Positions 1 through 11,599 of a DNA stretch of 64,000 bases are shown one piece after another. Every line of letters begins with the position of its first letter. The stretch's first letter is position 1. The notes beneath the pieces are model-generated. The model did not search any database, was not told where the DNA came from, and worked only from the letters and a program-made list of their open reading frames with translations. The stretch comes from Vairimorpha necatrix (lineage: Eukaryota): positions 372,001 through 436,000 of the forward strand of contig CP142728.1 of NCBI GenBank assembly GCA_036630325.1, given 5' to 3'. The translations under genes were made by a program, and so were the position numbers.

Positions 1-9
1 TATCCAAAG

Positions 10-1848
10 ATGGGTGTACCAATATTATTTTCATGGTTAAATCAAAAGCATCCCAATTGTATCAGGAAATCTCCTCCTAAACATGTTGATGTTGTTTATA
101 TTGATTTAAATGCTCTAATACACAATTGTTACAATTCAAATCTCCGATCTTTAGACGAGATTTACATTGACATGCTTGATAGACTAAAAAATGCTATAGA
201 CAATATTATAGAGAAAACTAGACCTACTAAAATATTGTATATAGCAGTAGATGGTGTAGCACCTGCTGCTAAATTGGCGCACCAACGAAGCAGGAGATAC
301 AAAGCGGCCTGTGAAAAAATTGACAATTTGGAAGCTGAAGAAGAAGCACTCAATTTAGAGGAGGAATTATTGGCCTGTGATGTTTTTAAAGGGAATGGGT
401 TTGATTCTAATGCTATTACACCCGGCACGAGTCTCATGGAATATTTGCATAATGGCATAAATGAAATGCTCTTGTACTGTCTCAGTGCAGACCCGAAGTA
501 TAAAAATTTAAAAGTTATTTACTCAAGCTACTTGGTCCCAGGAGAAGGAGAACAGAAGATCATGGCTTTTTTAAGGAAATATCATGAAAGCCATCCTTCT
601 GACACTCACTTGCTTTACAGTCCTGACGGAGATATAATTTTCTTGGGTGTTGGGCTGTATGACGTAGATCTCTTTATTATGAGAGAAGATACTTTTAATA
701 ATCCAAATAAAAAAGTAGTGTGTAACATTTGTACAAAAATGGGCCACACTGATTACCAGTGTAATAAGCCCAGTTCTCTTCTTTACACATACATAGATAT
801 TCCCGAGTTTAGATCTACTCTCATCAAGGGATTTAATCTTAATCGACAATATGATAAACGAAGAATGCTTGTAGATTGGGTCTTCATATGTTTCCTAATT
901 GGAAATGACTTCCTTCCTGGTCTTCCTTGCGTGGATATAAAAATTTCTTCAATTGAGTCGCTTACAAATTTATTGTGTAAAAATTTTATAAATTGTAACG
1001 AATATTTAACTACTAACGACAAAATGATCAATTTTCATGTGCTAGAAAACTTTTTTATTGCTCTTAGTAACTTAGAAGACAGTTACTACGTAGTAAAAAC
1101 AAGAATGCTTAATAGATTCTGCGACACTGGTAGAGAAGAAATACCCTTACAAACTAAACAAGGAAAAATGAAGTATTACGCCAGTAAACTCAATGCTCAT
1201 AATCAAACAGAGATAGACAATGTCTCTATGGAATATATTACTGGTATGATATGGATTTATAATTATTATATAAACGGGCGCACCAACTGGGACTGGGTTT
1301 ACCCTTTTCATTTCGCACCTTTTACAAGTGACTTAGTAAAAGTAGTTAGGGCGAGATATCACTTGAAATTGGGCGTGCCTTTGTGCCCATTCGAACAATT
1401 AATGGTCGTCATACCCCCGCAGAGTAAAAATCTCGTACCAGAAAAATTACACCATATTTATGAAAAATTTTCGCAATTTTATCCAGTAAATATTCAGTCA
1501 GACATGTTTGACAAATATTTATCATGGACTAGCGTCGTTTTACTACCTCATTTAAACTCACAACTAGTATTAACTGAAGTAAAAAAAATTTTAAATGAAA
1601 TTAGTGCACCTGAACTTAGTAAAAATGCTCAAGAATCCGATCTCCTTTATACTTCTGATAAAGATTCTGTAATCAATTTACAGAAATTATATTTTAACCT
1701 AAAACCCGTTACAAAATATTTTTTATATAAAATGGTTATTTCAGTATACCCATATTATAAAGCGAAATATACAGGGAATGAACTTGTTTTTAATAATAAG
1801 AAATTTACTAACAAGGCAACGATTGTAAGATTTGATTCTTTACAATAA
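10..1848 (+). CDS. XRN2: 5'-3' exoribonuclease, XRN2/Rat1 type
   Basis: MGVP start, YIDLNALIH, AVDGVAPAAKLAHQRSRRY, FDSNAITPGT, PGEGEQKI, GNDFLP and W.W.YP.HFAP motifs. An internal CCHC knuckle (CNICTKMGHTDYQC) is typical of the XRN2 branch. Confidence 0.92.
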   Translation: MGVPILFSWLNQKHPNCIRKSPPKHVDVVYIDLNALIHNCYNSNLRSLDEIYIDMLDRLKNAIDNIIEKTRPTKILYIAVDGVAPAAKLAHQRSRRYKAACEKIDNLEAEEEALNLEEELLACDVFKGNGFDSNAITPGTSLMEYLHNGINEMLLYCLSADPKYKNLKVIYSSYLVPGEGEQKIMAFLRKYHESHPSDTHLLYSPDGDIIFLGVGLYDVDLFIMREDTFNNPNKKVVCNICTKMGHTDYQCNKPSSLLYTYIDIPEFRSTLIKGFNLNRQYDKRRMLVDWVFICFLIGNDFLPGLPCVDIKISSIESLTNLLCKNFINCNEYLTTNDKMINFHVLENFFIALSNLEDSYYVVKTRMLNRFCDTGREEIPLQTKQGKMKYYASKLNAHNQTEIDNVSMEYITGMIWIYNYYINGRTNWDWVYPFHFAPFTSDLVKVVRARYHLKLGVPLCPFEQLMVVIPPQSKNLVPEKLHHIYEKFSQFYPVNIQSDMFDKYLSWTSVVLLPHLNSQLVLTEVKKILNEISAPELSKNAQESDLLYTSDKDSVINLQKLYFNLKPVTKYFLYKMVISVYPYYKAKYTGNELVFNNKKFTNKATIVRFDSLQ

Positions 1849-2313
1849 AACTTTTATTCTTATCTAATTTATATTAAAAATTCCTTTTTTAAATGATCTA
1901 GTACTTATAAACAAATTTTCTATGCTATTATATTTATTATTGGTTTTCAGTTTTAAAAATATCCATACGCACAATTTGAATTTTTCATTAAATTTGCTTT
2001 ATTATTTTTTAGCAAGTCTTTACTTTTAAAAAATATTCAGTGCACACATCTCTTAAATTGAAAATTTATATTTAACAATAAGGCTTCAGTTGAAGATTTT
2101 AACTTTTAACAATGAGATGTAATTGTAAAAAATATAATTGAAATCCATTTATTACACTATTAATTCGTGTAGAATTCTCTGAAAAATTTTTTTTTTTCCA
2201 GTAAATTTCTTTGTCATAAAAATTTTTAAGATTTGATACATATGGTAAAACTTTACTTTAAAAAAATTATTGTGCATTCTTAAACTGTAAAATTCCTCTA
2301 CACAACAATATAT

Positions 2314-3141
2314 TTATTTTTCAAAAAAATATTTTATATTACTTTTTAACTCTTCAACCTTTTTTCTATTAAAATTTCCATTTTTGATTTTATAATCATG
2401 TTTAAATACTGGCGAATAAACCCATCTTAATGTAGCAGGCCAAGTATATGTATCTAATCTTTTTACAATATCTTCCTTCTCTGCATATTTCAAAATTATA
2501 TCTTTTTGTATTCTCAATTTATACAACCTTTCTTTACATTGTGTCAATAACAAATTAAATATTTTTAGCTTCTTTTTGCCTTTTTTTATATTTGTGTTTT
2601 TTGTGTATTCTTGTTTTATATTTTTTTCTATGTTGTGTCCATCAAATTCTAATATATTAAAAACCACTTCATTGAGACAATTGAAAGCGTATACGCCTTC
2701 GATTATGATAACATTAAAGCCGGGATTTTTTACATATGATATGTCTTTTACTAAGCCATTTGGCCTTTTATAGATTGTTATATAAGTTTTTTCTTCTATT
2801 AATGAGTTTATTACATTGTAAATATTGGACCAATTTAACATATTTGGATTATCATAATCTACAGAAAAATCGTCCTTAGAATTGTTGTTGTAAGGAAAAT
2901 CATAGAAATCATCTAATGATAAAAGAAAAGGTTTAATATTTTTAGGAGAGCTATCATTGCAGCAATTGATATTTTTTAATATGTAAAAAATGTCTTGAGA
3001 CAGAGTTGTCTTGCCCGCCGCAGTAGGTCCTTGTACAACTATAAAATACATAATATTTTTTTCATATTTGACACCAAATGTTTTTTCTAATGATTCTTTA
3101 CATGGCAGATGATGTGTCTTATGATTCGACATACTTATCAT
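2314..3141 (-). CDS. Uridine/cytidine kinase-like P-loop kinase
   Basis: Walker A GPTAAGKTT, plus LSLDDFY, DYDNP and IIIEGVYAF motifs of the UK/PRK family. The first in-frame ATG is at 3141 (alternative 3132); the ORF track start at 3174 is TTG. Confidence 0.75.
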   Translation of the reverse strand: MISMSNHKTHHLPCKESLEKTFGVKYEKNIMYFIVVQGPTAAGKTTLSQDIFYILKNINCCNDSSPKNIKPFLLSLDDFYDFPYNNNSKDDFSVDYDNPNMLNWSNIYNVINSLIEEKTYITIYKRPNGLVKDISYVKNPGFNVIIIEGVYAFNCLNEVVFNILEFDGHNIEKNIKQEYTKNTNIKKGKKKLKIFNLLLTQCKERLYKLRIQKDIILKYAEKEDIVKRLDTYTWPATLRWVYSPVFKHDYKIKNGNFNRKKVEELKSNIKYFFEK

Positions 3142-3807
3142 CGATAAATGAAATTTAAACAATTTATTTACCAATAAAATTAAAGAGGTTGTATTTTAAT
3201 TTAATTATGTGCAATTAGGAGAATGTATTTAAATAGTAGATTATCTTAATTCCTTTTTGTCGTGTAGAAATTGTGTAAAGTAAGCACTTGCATGTGGTAC
3301 TCTTATTTTCTATTATTTAAAAATCAATAATTTGCAGCCTACATTTTAAAATTGCGAAAAAACTTTGATGTTTTATGTTATCAAAATTCTGCTATAACCT
3401 CAAAGCAAAATAATAAACCGTATATCAAATTAATTTACATGAAAACTTTAGATGATTTTTAGATCTGTACCAAATGGAGAAAAGGGAGAAATGAGCAAAT
3501 CAAAAGCGAATAATAGTTTTATTGTCTAAAAAAAATAAAGAAAAAAGATATAGACGAAGCCTTCCCAAAAAAAAATTTTTTAAAAAATAATTTTTTTTAA
3601 TATGGAAATATCATAAATAAATTCTAAAGTTGAATATTGGGACAGAGGCAGATTGAGGATTTAACGTCGAAACTTAAAAAAATAAGCAGCGAATTGCCAA
3701 CAAAAAACTTAAGTTCCCAAATAAGTTTGTAATATAAAAAATTTATTTATTTATGTAATATAAATCGAGAACTTCGTATTTGACTTAAAAAATTATCAAG
3801 AATTTTT

Positions 3808-5007
3808 TTAATTTGTAAATTCTATAAATTCATAGTCTTCGTCTTCCAAATCAACTACTAAAACTTTGTTTGTTTTTTTAAAATTAGGTATTGAAATTAC
3901 ACGGCAGCCAGAGACTTCATCTTTTTCAAATATAAATTCTTCACAATTAGGAATAATAAAAAAATCTATAAACTTATCAATAAGAAAAACTTCTTCTTTA
4001 TTATATGGAGAAATTACTAAGGTATCGGGACCATTAGGACAAAGAAGTCTACAATCTAATATTCCTCTTACAACTTTAAGAATATTGTTTTTATTAAATT
4101 CTTGTAAGTGTGCATGTGTTTCGTCTATTGCTTTTTCATTTAAGTGCATTCGATATCCGTCAGCCTCAGTTTGTAAATTTTTGATGTCTTGATTTAAATA
4201 TTTCAATAAATCTTTGATAATTTCATGAGACGTGACAGACAATGTTTTGTTATGAAAATCAAAGATACATGGATTACTGTAAGAAATAATTGATTTTTTA
4301 AATAAATTTTTATGTACTGGAAGCAATGGGTAAGAAAGACAACCGAAGTCAGAATATTCTGGTATTATTGTAATGTTTATATTAGAACTTTCTATACATT
4401 TTTTAAAAATTTCAAAATCGTCTAAAAATAAGTTTCCTATAAGAAAAAGTTCTTTGATTTCTTGCATAAGCAAGAAATCTGTGATAACTTTAAAAGAAGT
4501 TAAATTGTTATTATTTTTAGAAATTTCTAACCCCGACAAAAAGGCCACTTTATTATTTTTTTCGTTTTTTATATTTTTATTTTCTTTAATATTTTTGTCA
4601 GGAAAAATAAAATTTTCGACTTCAAATTTGTTACTTTTCATAATTCCAACAAAACCAAGAATCATTCCTGTACATAAAAAATTATCATTGTTTTTGCTTA
4701 TAACTATTTCTATTCTTCCAGTTTCATCTTCTACAAAATATTTCACGTCATTTGAAATGTAAGTCGATCTCTTAAATTCCAATTTCTTTTCGTTTGTATT
4801 TAACCTATCAAATATTGTAGTCTTTAAGTCACTGGAAATAAATAATATTCCTTTAATAAGACATTTTCCAGATTGAATGTTAATATCATGAATTCTATTA
4901 CATATGTCTATGGGCTCTGATGTATTAATGAGAGATCTCAATGTATTTAATCTTATTTTATATGTGGCATTGTATTGCTTTGTAAAGTCTTGAAAAAAAT
5001 CTGGCAT
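3808..5007 (-). CDS. POL31: DNA polymerase delta small (B) subunit
   Basis: QY...Y..RL N-terminus, VEDETGRI, TGMILG, SNP and CPNGPDTL..PY motifs. The start context is CCCCAAATG. Confidence 0.75.
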   Translation of the reverse strand: MPDFFQDFTKQYNATYKIRLNTLRSLINTSEPIDICNRIHDINIQSGKCLIKGILFISSDLKTTIFDRLNTNEKKLEFKRSTYISNDVKYFVEDETGRIEIVISKNNDNFLCTGMILGFVGIMKSNKFEVENFIFPDKNIKENKNIKNEKNNKVAFLSGLEISKNNNNLTSFKVITDFLLMQEIKELFLIGNLFLDDFEIFKKCIESSNINITIIPEYSDFGCLSYPLLPVHKNLFKKSIISYSNPCIFDFHNKTLSVTSHEIIKDLLKYLNQDIKNLQTEADGYRMHLNEKAIDETHAHLQEFNKNNILKVVRGILDCRLLCPNGPDTLVISPYNKEEVFLIDKFIDFFIIPNCEEFIFEKDEVSGCRVISIPNFKKTNKVLVVDLEDEDYEFIEFTN

Positions 5008-5059
5008 TTGGGGTTCACATAAATAAAATTATTGAAAATTTAAGAAGCAAAAAAATATC

Positions 5060-5200
5060 ATGCAAGTATGAGGCAGGGAGAAACCTTACATATGAATCAA
5101 AGAACACGGATTTTGTGTTCTATCCAAATAATATTATGACATTCTATTTACTTATCTTACTTCAATGATTTTGCTCTGTAGTGACTCCTGCCGTGCAAAT
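5060..5200 (-). mobile_element. SINE family 3'-tail fragment
   Basis: TGCAAGTATGAGGCAGGGAGAAACCTTACATA matches the tail of the intact copy (TGCAAGTAAGAGGTAGGGAGAAACCTTACATA at ~44997). Similarity fades after ~100 bp. Confidence 0.6.
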
Positions 5201-5885
5201 ATTAATTCGGTTACAATAAAATTCGTCATGTTCATCATCATAGTTCTTCAGGAAAGATATACAATAGATATAATCGTTGTGCAATAGTAGATTAATTACG
5301 GAGCGGCAACATCGCATAAAAATGAACGCCCACTATAATCTGCATTTGAAAATAGTCTTTACTGCCATATTTTGCCATGCATTCAACATGTTGTGGATAA
5401 TTTGTCATATCAAAATCAACAAATGTTTGAAGAATTATTTTGATATTTTCCTCAAGACTATTGTTTTACTTCGTCAAATTTTACAAGTTCTTTTTAATTA
5501 CTTAAAAAATTGTACGTACATCGTTTTTTACCTTTTGTTTTTTTTTGTAAGTTTTATAATGATATAGCTGCTTAGTTCGGGTCTCAAGCTATTTTTAAAA
5601 AATACTATTTTTTTGCGATTGATAATATATAAAGAAAAGACCAAATTTAATAAGTATAGTGAAGGAATTTTCCAATATGAGGTAATAGGTTAATGTATAC
5701 AAAAAAAGAGCTCTTTGTCTTAATTCATTTTCTTTTACAACACAATTAATACAAAATAATACTTATTTTAATAATGTTTTTATATAAATTTATGCATCTA
5801 ATATTGTGATGTAATATAATAAAAAATTTGAACTATTAAAAATTATCCTAATTTTATTTTATTATAATAAAGATCAATATAAAAT

Positions 5886-6977
5886 TTAATTGTTATATTC
5901 TAATGTTGATGTCATTTGGTTCCGATAACTTATAATAAGCAAATTGATCAGGTCTTTTTTTTTGTTACGCGGGTTGTATATATAAAAAACAACCCCGCCA
6001 ATAAAAATAAGAATAAAAATGACAAAAATTATTATTCCATAATGCGCATTTTGTTCACTATATATTGATAGTTTATTTCCAATATTAGCAAATTCGGCCT
6101 CATTTTCAGACATGTCAAGGTTTTTAGTACTAACGCCGTTAAAACCTCCTTTGATGTCTAAAGTTTTATTAAAAGTTTTCATTTCTTCATGCTTGCATAT
6201 TTTTGTCATAAGATCTTGAATTAGAGGTTCTTTGTTGTTCTCTTTATTGCAAAAATCTGTCATATTGCTATAATCAGGAATCTCATCGTCTTGAAATTCA
6301 TAAGTTTCGTTGTAACATATTGCACTTGATACATCCTTCTTATTGTCTTGTAATATGGCATAGATTTCTGACCTATCGTAAAAAGGGCCCAATTTGTTAT
6401 ATTTGCATCTCTCAAAATACTGAATATATTTTTTACACACTTTAATGATAACTTTCGGATAATTCTTTGGCCCAATCCGTTTAAAACAAATATTCTTATT
6501 AATAAAATCTTCTAAACTTTCAAAAAGAGATATTACTGTATCAGTAACATTCTTATAACAAGAAACATACATTTCATAAACTTCTTTTGCAACAAATGCC
6601 ATATTTGTTGCAAAGTTATATTCTATACGCGTGATACTATCCATTAAATCTATGTCGACATCTTTTTTATTAAATACTTGAAGGATTCTGTCTAAATACA
6701 CATTTTTTATTGCAAAATGTTTGTATATTGATTCCATGAATTCGATATTATTTTGTATCATTTTTTTAAAGATCTCATTTTCTGTTATTACTCTCCATAT
6801 CAACATACCATACTCTCGTAAACGCTCTAAAGAAGGTCCGTTGTCAGGTTGGCCATCATATAAATGACAAAAATCATCATTTTTGATTTCGAAATGCTTG
6901 TGAAGAGGATTTAAATCTTCTTCGCTTGCTTCGACAAAATTTATGGCGAATATAAAAAAATTTACTAACAAACTCAT
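5886..6977 (-). CDS. Hypothetical type-I membrane/surface protein
   Basis: The ATG at 6977 has CCCCC-ATG context. There is a signal-like N-terminus (MSLLVNFFIFAINFVEA) and a C-terminal hydrophobic segment (GIIIFVIFILIFIGGVVFYIY) followed by basic RNKKK. Confidence 0.7.
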   Translation of the reverse strand: MSLLVNFFIFAINFVEASEEDLNPLHKHFEIKNDDFCHLYDGQPDNGPSLERLREYGMLIWRVITENEIFKKMIQNNIEFMESIYKHFAIKNVYLDRILQVFNKKDVDIDLMDSITRIEYNFATNMAFVAKEVYEMYVSCYKNVTDTVISLFESLEDFINKNICFKRIGPKNYPKVIIKVCKKYIQYFERCKYNKLGPFYDRSEIYAILQDNKKDVSSAICYNETYEFQDDEIPDYSNMTDFCNKENNKEPLIQDLMTKICKHEEMKTFNKTLDIKGGFNGVSTKNLDMSENEAEFANIGNKLSIYSEQNAHYGIIIFVIFILIFIGGVVFYIYNPRNKKKDLINLLIISYRNQMTSTLEYNN

Positions 6978-7196
6978 GGGGGTCAAAAAGATTTTTGTAA
7001 TTTTATTTTTAGTAAATTGCGAAGAAATAGTTGTATTCTCATCATAAAATAAAACATTAAATAAAAATTTATTTTTAAATGTAGGTAATTTTAATATCAC
7101 ACATTAGTAAAAGCAATGCATTTGATGATTTTACAATTTTCTTATTTTCATTTGAAATATTATAAAATAATAACTCATTATTAAAAAAATGGACTC

Positions 7197-8155
7197 GAGA
7201 ACTGTAGGTAATTATTTTTGAACCAGAGTTTTTTTTGTTGCCTCATCTTAAAAAATAAAGGAAAGAATTAGAACTTATCTATAATGAATTGATAACACAA
7301 AAAAAAAATAAATTTTGTGGAAAATGTTAAGGTAAAATGCGTATAATAGGTAAAAGAAATATTTACTTATTTCTACTTGGAAGAAATGTAAAAAGACAAT
7401 TTTTATTGGCATGATACTTTCTTAAGTAATTCCAAACTTGATCATTTACTAACGTTAAACTTTCAATATGTGGATTCTTGGGCATCCGAGTAAGTGTATA
7501 TGTCAAATTTTAGGTTGTTCGAAAAATCTATTCTCAGTTTAAAAAAAACTAAAAGAAATAAACATTTACATAAGTATTTGTATATAATAAACATTATAGA
7601 CATAAAAGATATAATAGTATTAATTGATGAAACAAAGTTAGGAAAAAATTTAAACTACCGAGACAAGCTAGTAAAAGAATTTTGGTGTTTGTAATTATTG
7701 ACCGGATTATAGATCTTTTATTACAATTGGTAAAAAAATGATATAAAACTCTAATAACACTTTTCATGGAATATGTAAACACAAAAAGTATCATACATAG
7801 TGATATGTGAAGAGCCTATAATTCTTTAGATACTTTATTTAGCCAACACCATATGGTTAACCATACATTACACTTTAAAGACCCAATCGCGGAAGTTCAT
7901 ACCAATACCATAAAGGGAATTGGCGAACACTAATAAATTCATTTGCTAATAGAAACAGATCAGTCAATAGTGCAAAACCATATTTGATTAGGTCTATGCT
8001 CCAAAAAAAATTCTTCATCTTAGTCTTTGCTGCTTTAAAAAATCTTTTATTCTACTTGTTAATTTTGTTCCTTCCTCAAAATTTTCTTTCCTTTATTTTT
8101 GAAAAAAGGGCAAAAACAAAAAACCCTAGTTCAAAAATTATTACCTATAGTTCTC
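7197..8155 (+). mobile_element. Degenerate Merlin (IS1016/ISXO2-like) DNA transposon
   Basis: Imperfect TIRs: GAGAACTGTAGGTAATTATTTTTGAACCAGAGTTT at the left end and the reverse complement of GAGAACTATAGGTAATAATTTTTGAACTAGGGTTT at the right end. Broken transposase motifs IDETKLGK, IHSD, VNH..HFKDP...VHTNTI are present. Confidence 0.85.
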
Positions 8156-10566
8156 TTTAGCCAAAAAATATTCTATAATGGGAATTTGGAAAGTATTTTT
8201 TTTATAATGAAGCTATACCTATATGCATCTTGTTTGTATGTTTTATCGATATTGAAATGATAAACGAATATAAAATGGCAGAATAACACAGTGTGGTTTA
8301 CTACAAAAAAGTTAGCGATTTATTGCAAAATTACGATGTTTGCCCTTTTATCTGATTATTCTATGTGATCACACTTGTTTTGCTAATTTTTTCCTCTTTG
8401 TTTGTCTAATATTATTCATTTATATCACTCCTTGTGTATGCTCACAAATATTATAAAATAAATTTTTAATTATAAATACATCACAATTTGGAAAGATGTT
8501 TACTGGAAAAAAAAATGATTTTTTTAAATATTGAATAAATTGGTGGTGACTTATCTGTCTTACGATATATAATGATTAGTAGAAGAATTATTAAATCATA
8601 ATGGAGGGAATCTTGCATAAATAAAGCATGTTTTTGTTTTATATAGATAAAATGACCAAATATTAATATTATAAATCACGTATATGCTACTAAGTTTTTC
8701 GGCTTTAATATTCTAATAACTTTACATATATTTAATTTTTTCCATAAAAAATATGCACATAGAGTGCAATATAATACACACAACGCCGATATATAAAAAA
8801 AAACAAGATTAAGTTCAGTGAATTTTTATGTATTTGTTTTCCAGGCTTCAAACCCCAATTTAATTGCTACTAACCTAATGCTATTTAAATTGTTTATAGC
8901 CAGTGAATACAAGTTAAGGGAATGCGAGTAAATACAATCTACAAGCATCTCGAAAGATTTACCAAAAAAAATCTCCTATAGATTTAGATTCTTCTGAAAT
9001 TTAATAAGTAAATTTTTTAATATCATGCAATACATGAATATTTTTTAAAATAAAATTCAATTTTTAAAATCCCGCCATTCGAAGTTGTTAAAGCTGAAAT
9101 AATTTACTTTCACCATTTTGTCAAATTATTTATTCCAATAGACCTTTAAAAGCCGAAATTGTTTTCGTAAAATTATTTAATAAAACAATTCAATTTGGTT
9201 TTTAGCATTTCAAAAATAAAAAATTTATTGTTATTAATTTATTAATAGTGTGGTAATTTTATATAGACTCGTACATATCTTGTCTTGAATGTAAATGAAT
9301 ATAATCTAAGTTAAATAATTTGCCAGTCGTGCTGTCTATATGCTGATATTTTAATTTGAAAAATATTAAGTCGTTCTTTTACTTCTTTAAATTTTTTTTA
9401 TTCGATATAAGTTTCCATTTGGCTTTACAATTGCATCATGGACATATTTTCGATGTTATTTATGCATTTTATCCCTCAATTAACCACGTTTGGCAGAATT
9501 AATGACTTGTACTTAGCAACCTCTCTTAATGAGAGGTGCGTAATATCATAACCCCACCAAAGATAGCTGTTAGGTAATTACTGCCCCCGACCATTTCCCA
9601 AAAGGAAGAGTAAGAAAGAATAATAATTTTTAGCCGTCAGATATTTTTCATTCTTTTTTTTCAAATTGACAGACTTGGTGACCTACTAAAAGTATTTAAA
9701 AACATTGTCAATAGAGGAGATGGAAAACAAGAATGTAGGTATTGACAAAAATATTTATATAAAATATAAAATTTCAATTTTAATCGTGTTATTACTGTAA
9801 GTATAAACATGAGACATAAATTTAACCTTAACTTTTATATCAAAAAGATTCATTAAAAGATCATTAAATTAAGGAAATGTTAGAAAGAAATCCCGATAGT
9901 TATGGCGCAGTTGAAAAATAATAAACACTCTAAAATTGTTTATACCTACAAAAAAAAATTTATAAAAATTAAGTCATATTAGATTTATAAAGAAGACTAT
10001 TACAAAGAACATTATTTAAATTGCATTTTGTTGTTAAAAAACATTCTTATTATAAAACATTAGTTGTTCGTAATTTTTGTTCCCATCATGCTTCGTTCTT
10101 TTTTAAATTTCTTCTTGAAATCGTAATCATGTTACAGCTTCCTCAAAAGATTTTGATATGATCTTCGGACTTTTTTTTGATTACAAATCTTTATATTTTG
10201 AAATTAAAGAGCTACTTATATGTTTTTTACACAACTTCTTCTGTTTTAACAAACTGTCACTTTTTTTTGATTGTTGTGAGATATAATGTTACTTTCATAG
10301 TTGCTACTCTTGTCTTTACTAGTTGCTCATTCTTGTTCTTTGTACTATTTTTTTTTCTAACTACAGCCAAAAAAATTAATTAACTCATCTTGAAAGAGTA
10401 ATCTCGACGTATTTCCGTTTAAGATAAAATAGAGAATCGTACGATTCTAAAAAACTATATAGACAAAGGCATTTAATCGAAACATAAACATGTTTTATAT
10501 AAAATAAATAATTTCACTGAAAAATAAAAATTTTTACATTTTTAATTTTCCGATTTTCCCCCTTTT

Positions 10567-11010
10567 ATGTTAAAGAATGAATTAGAAGATCTGTTTATTT
10601 CTGGAAAATACAAAAATGTGTCAAATACTATTCTCATTTCCGAATTACAACAATATTTAAATAATAACCCACTCTACATAAACGAGATAAAGAATTTTTT
10701 GAGAGATAATGATAGTTACTTATTCCATAAATATGCGTTATGTTTCAAACATAACGCTGGTGTAAAATGTGCATTCGGCATAGAACAAGATACATCAAAG
10801 GTGGATTTGACAACTTCACATATAAAAATATTTAAGACATTAAAACCAGTGTACAAAACTAATAATAAAAAAGAAGAAAATAAGACAAAATATAATATCA
10901 GAAAAAATAATAAAAAAGAACAAATTAAAAGATATAAAATGAAAAATAAAGAAAAACAAGAAAATGAAGAGAAAATAAAAAATATTAGAGATAAAATAAA
11001 AAGAGGATAA
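10567..11010 (+). CDS. Hypothetical protein with Lys-rich C-terminus
   Basis: 147-aa ORF preceded by an AT tract and CCCCCTTTT-ATG. No family recognised. Confidence 0.6.
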   Translation: MLKNELEDLFISGKYKNVSNTILISELQQYLNNNPLYINEIKNFLRDNDSYLFHKYALCFKHNAGVKCAFGIEQDTSKVDLTTSHIKIFKTLKPVYKTNNKKEENKTKYNIRKNNKKEQIKRYKMKNKEKQENEEKIKNIRDKIKRG

Positions 11011-11599
11011 ATTAGACAAAAAATAAATTTGATATACAATTTTTAAATGAAAAATATTTACATGTATTAAAAATGATCCATATGAACAAAAAATATTGTT
11101 TTTTATCTTACAATTGAATATGTTTTTATATGAACCTCTAAAAACTGTATATTTGATCAATTTTAAAGTTAAATTATTGTGCACATTTTTTTTAACGCGT
11201 TATAAATCATTCACCTTGTATTAGTTTCATTTATAATATAATCATTTGTTTTTTTATATAATAAAATTGATACCAGTTTTACAAAAAAAACGACATTTAT
11301 ATGAATTCATAATTAAAACGTTCAATAATTTTTCATTGTGATTTAGATTTGTTTATATGATTTCCTATTTATTAATTTTAGACATAAAATAATGGGGGTT
11401 TTCGGGCAGTGTCATTTTGTATTTTAGAAATTGCAGTAAAAATCGTCTTGATATCGCTCATGAGATACTGATTTTCCTCGTTTGTTATTTCTGCGATATA
11501 ATTTATTTTTTTTCAGTTTTGTATTGTCAGAAACAATCCCTTCTAGACACATCGTGTATTAATATTGACATTTTTGCCTGTTACAAAATATTTCGCCAG

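Noticed and set aside
162..1031. Antisense ORFs inside XRN2, and similar ones inside POL31, PDE, HDAC, PYK and the SANTA gene
   Set aside because: These are shadow frames of real genes with no independent motifs or start context.
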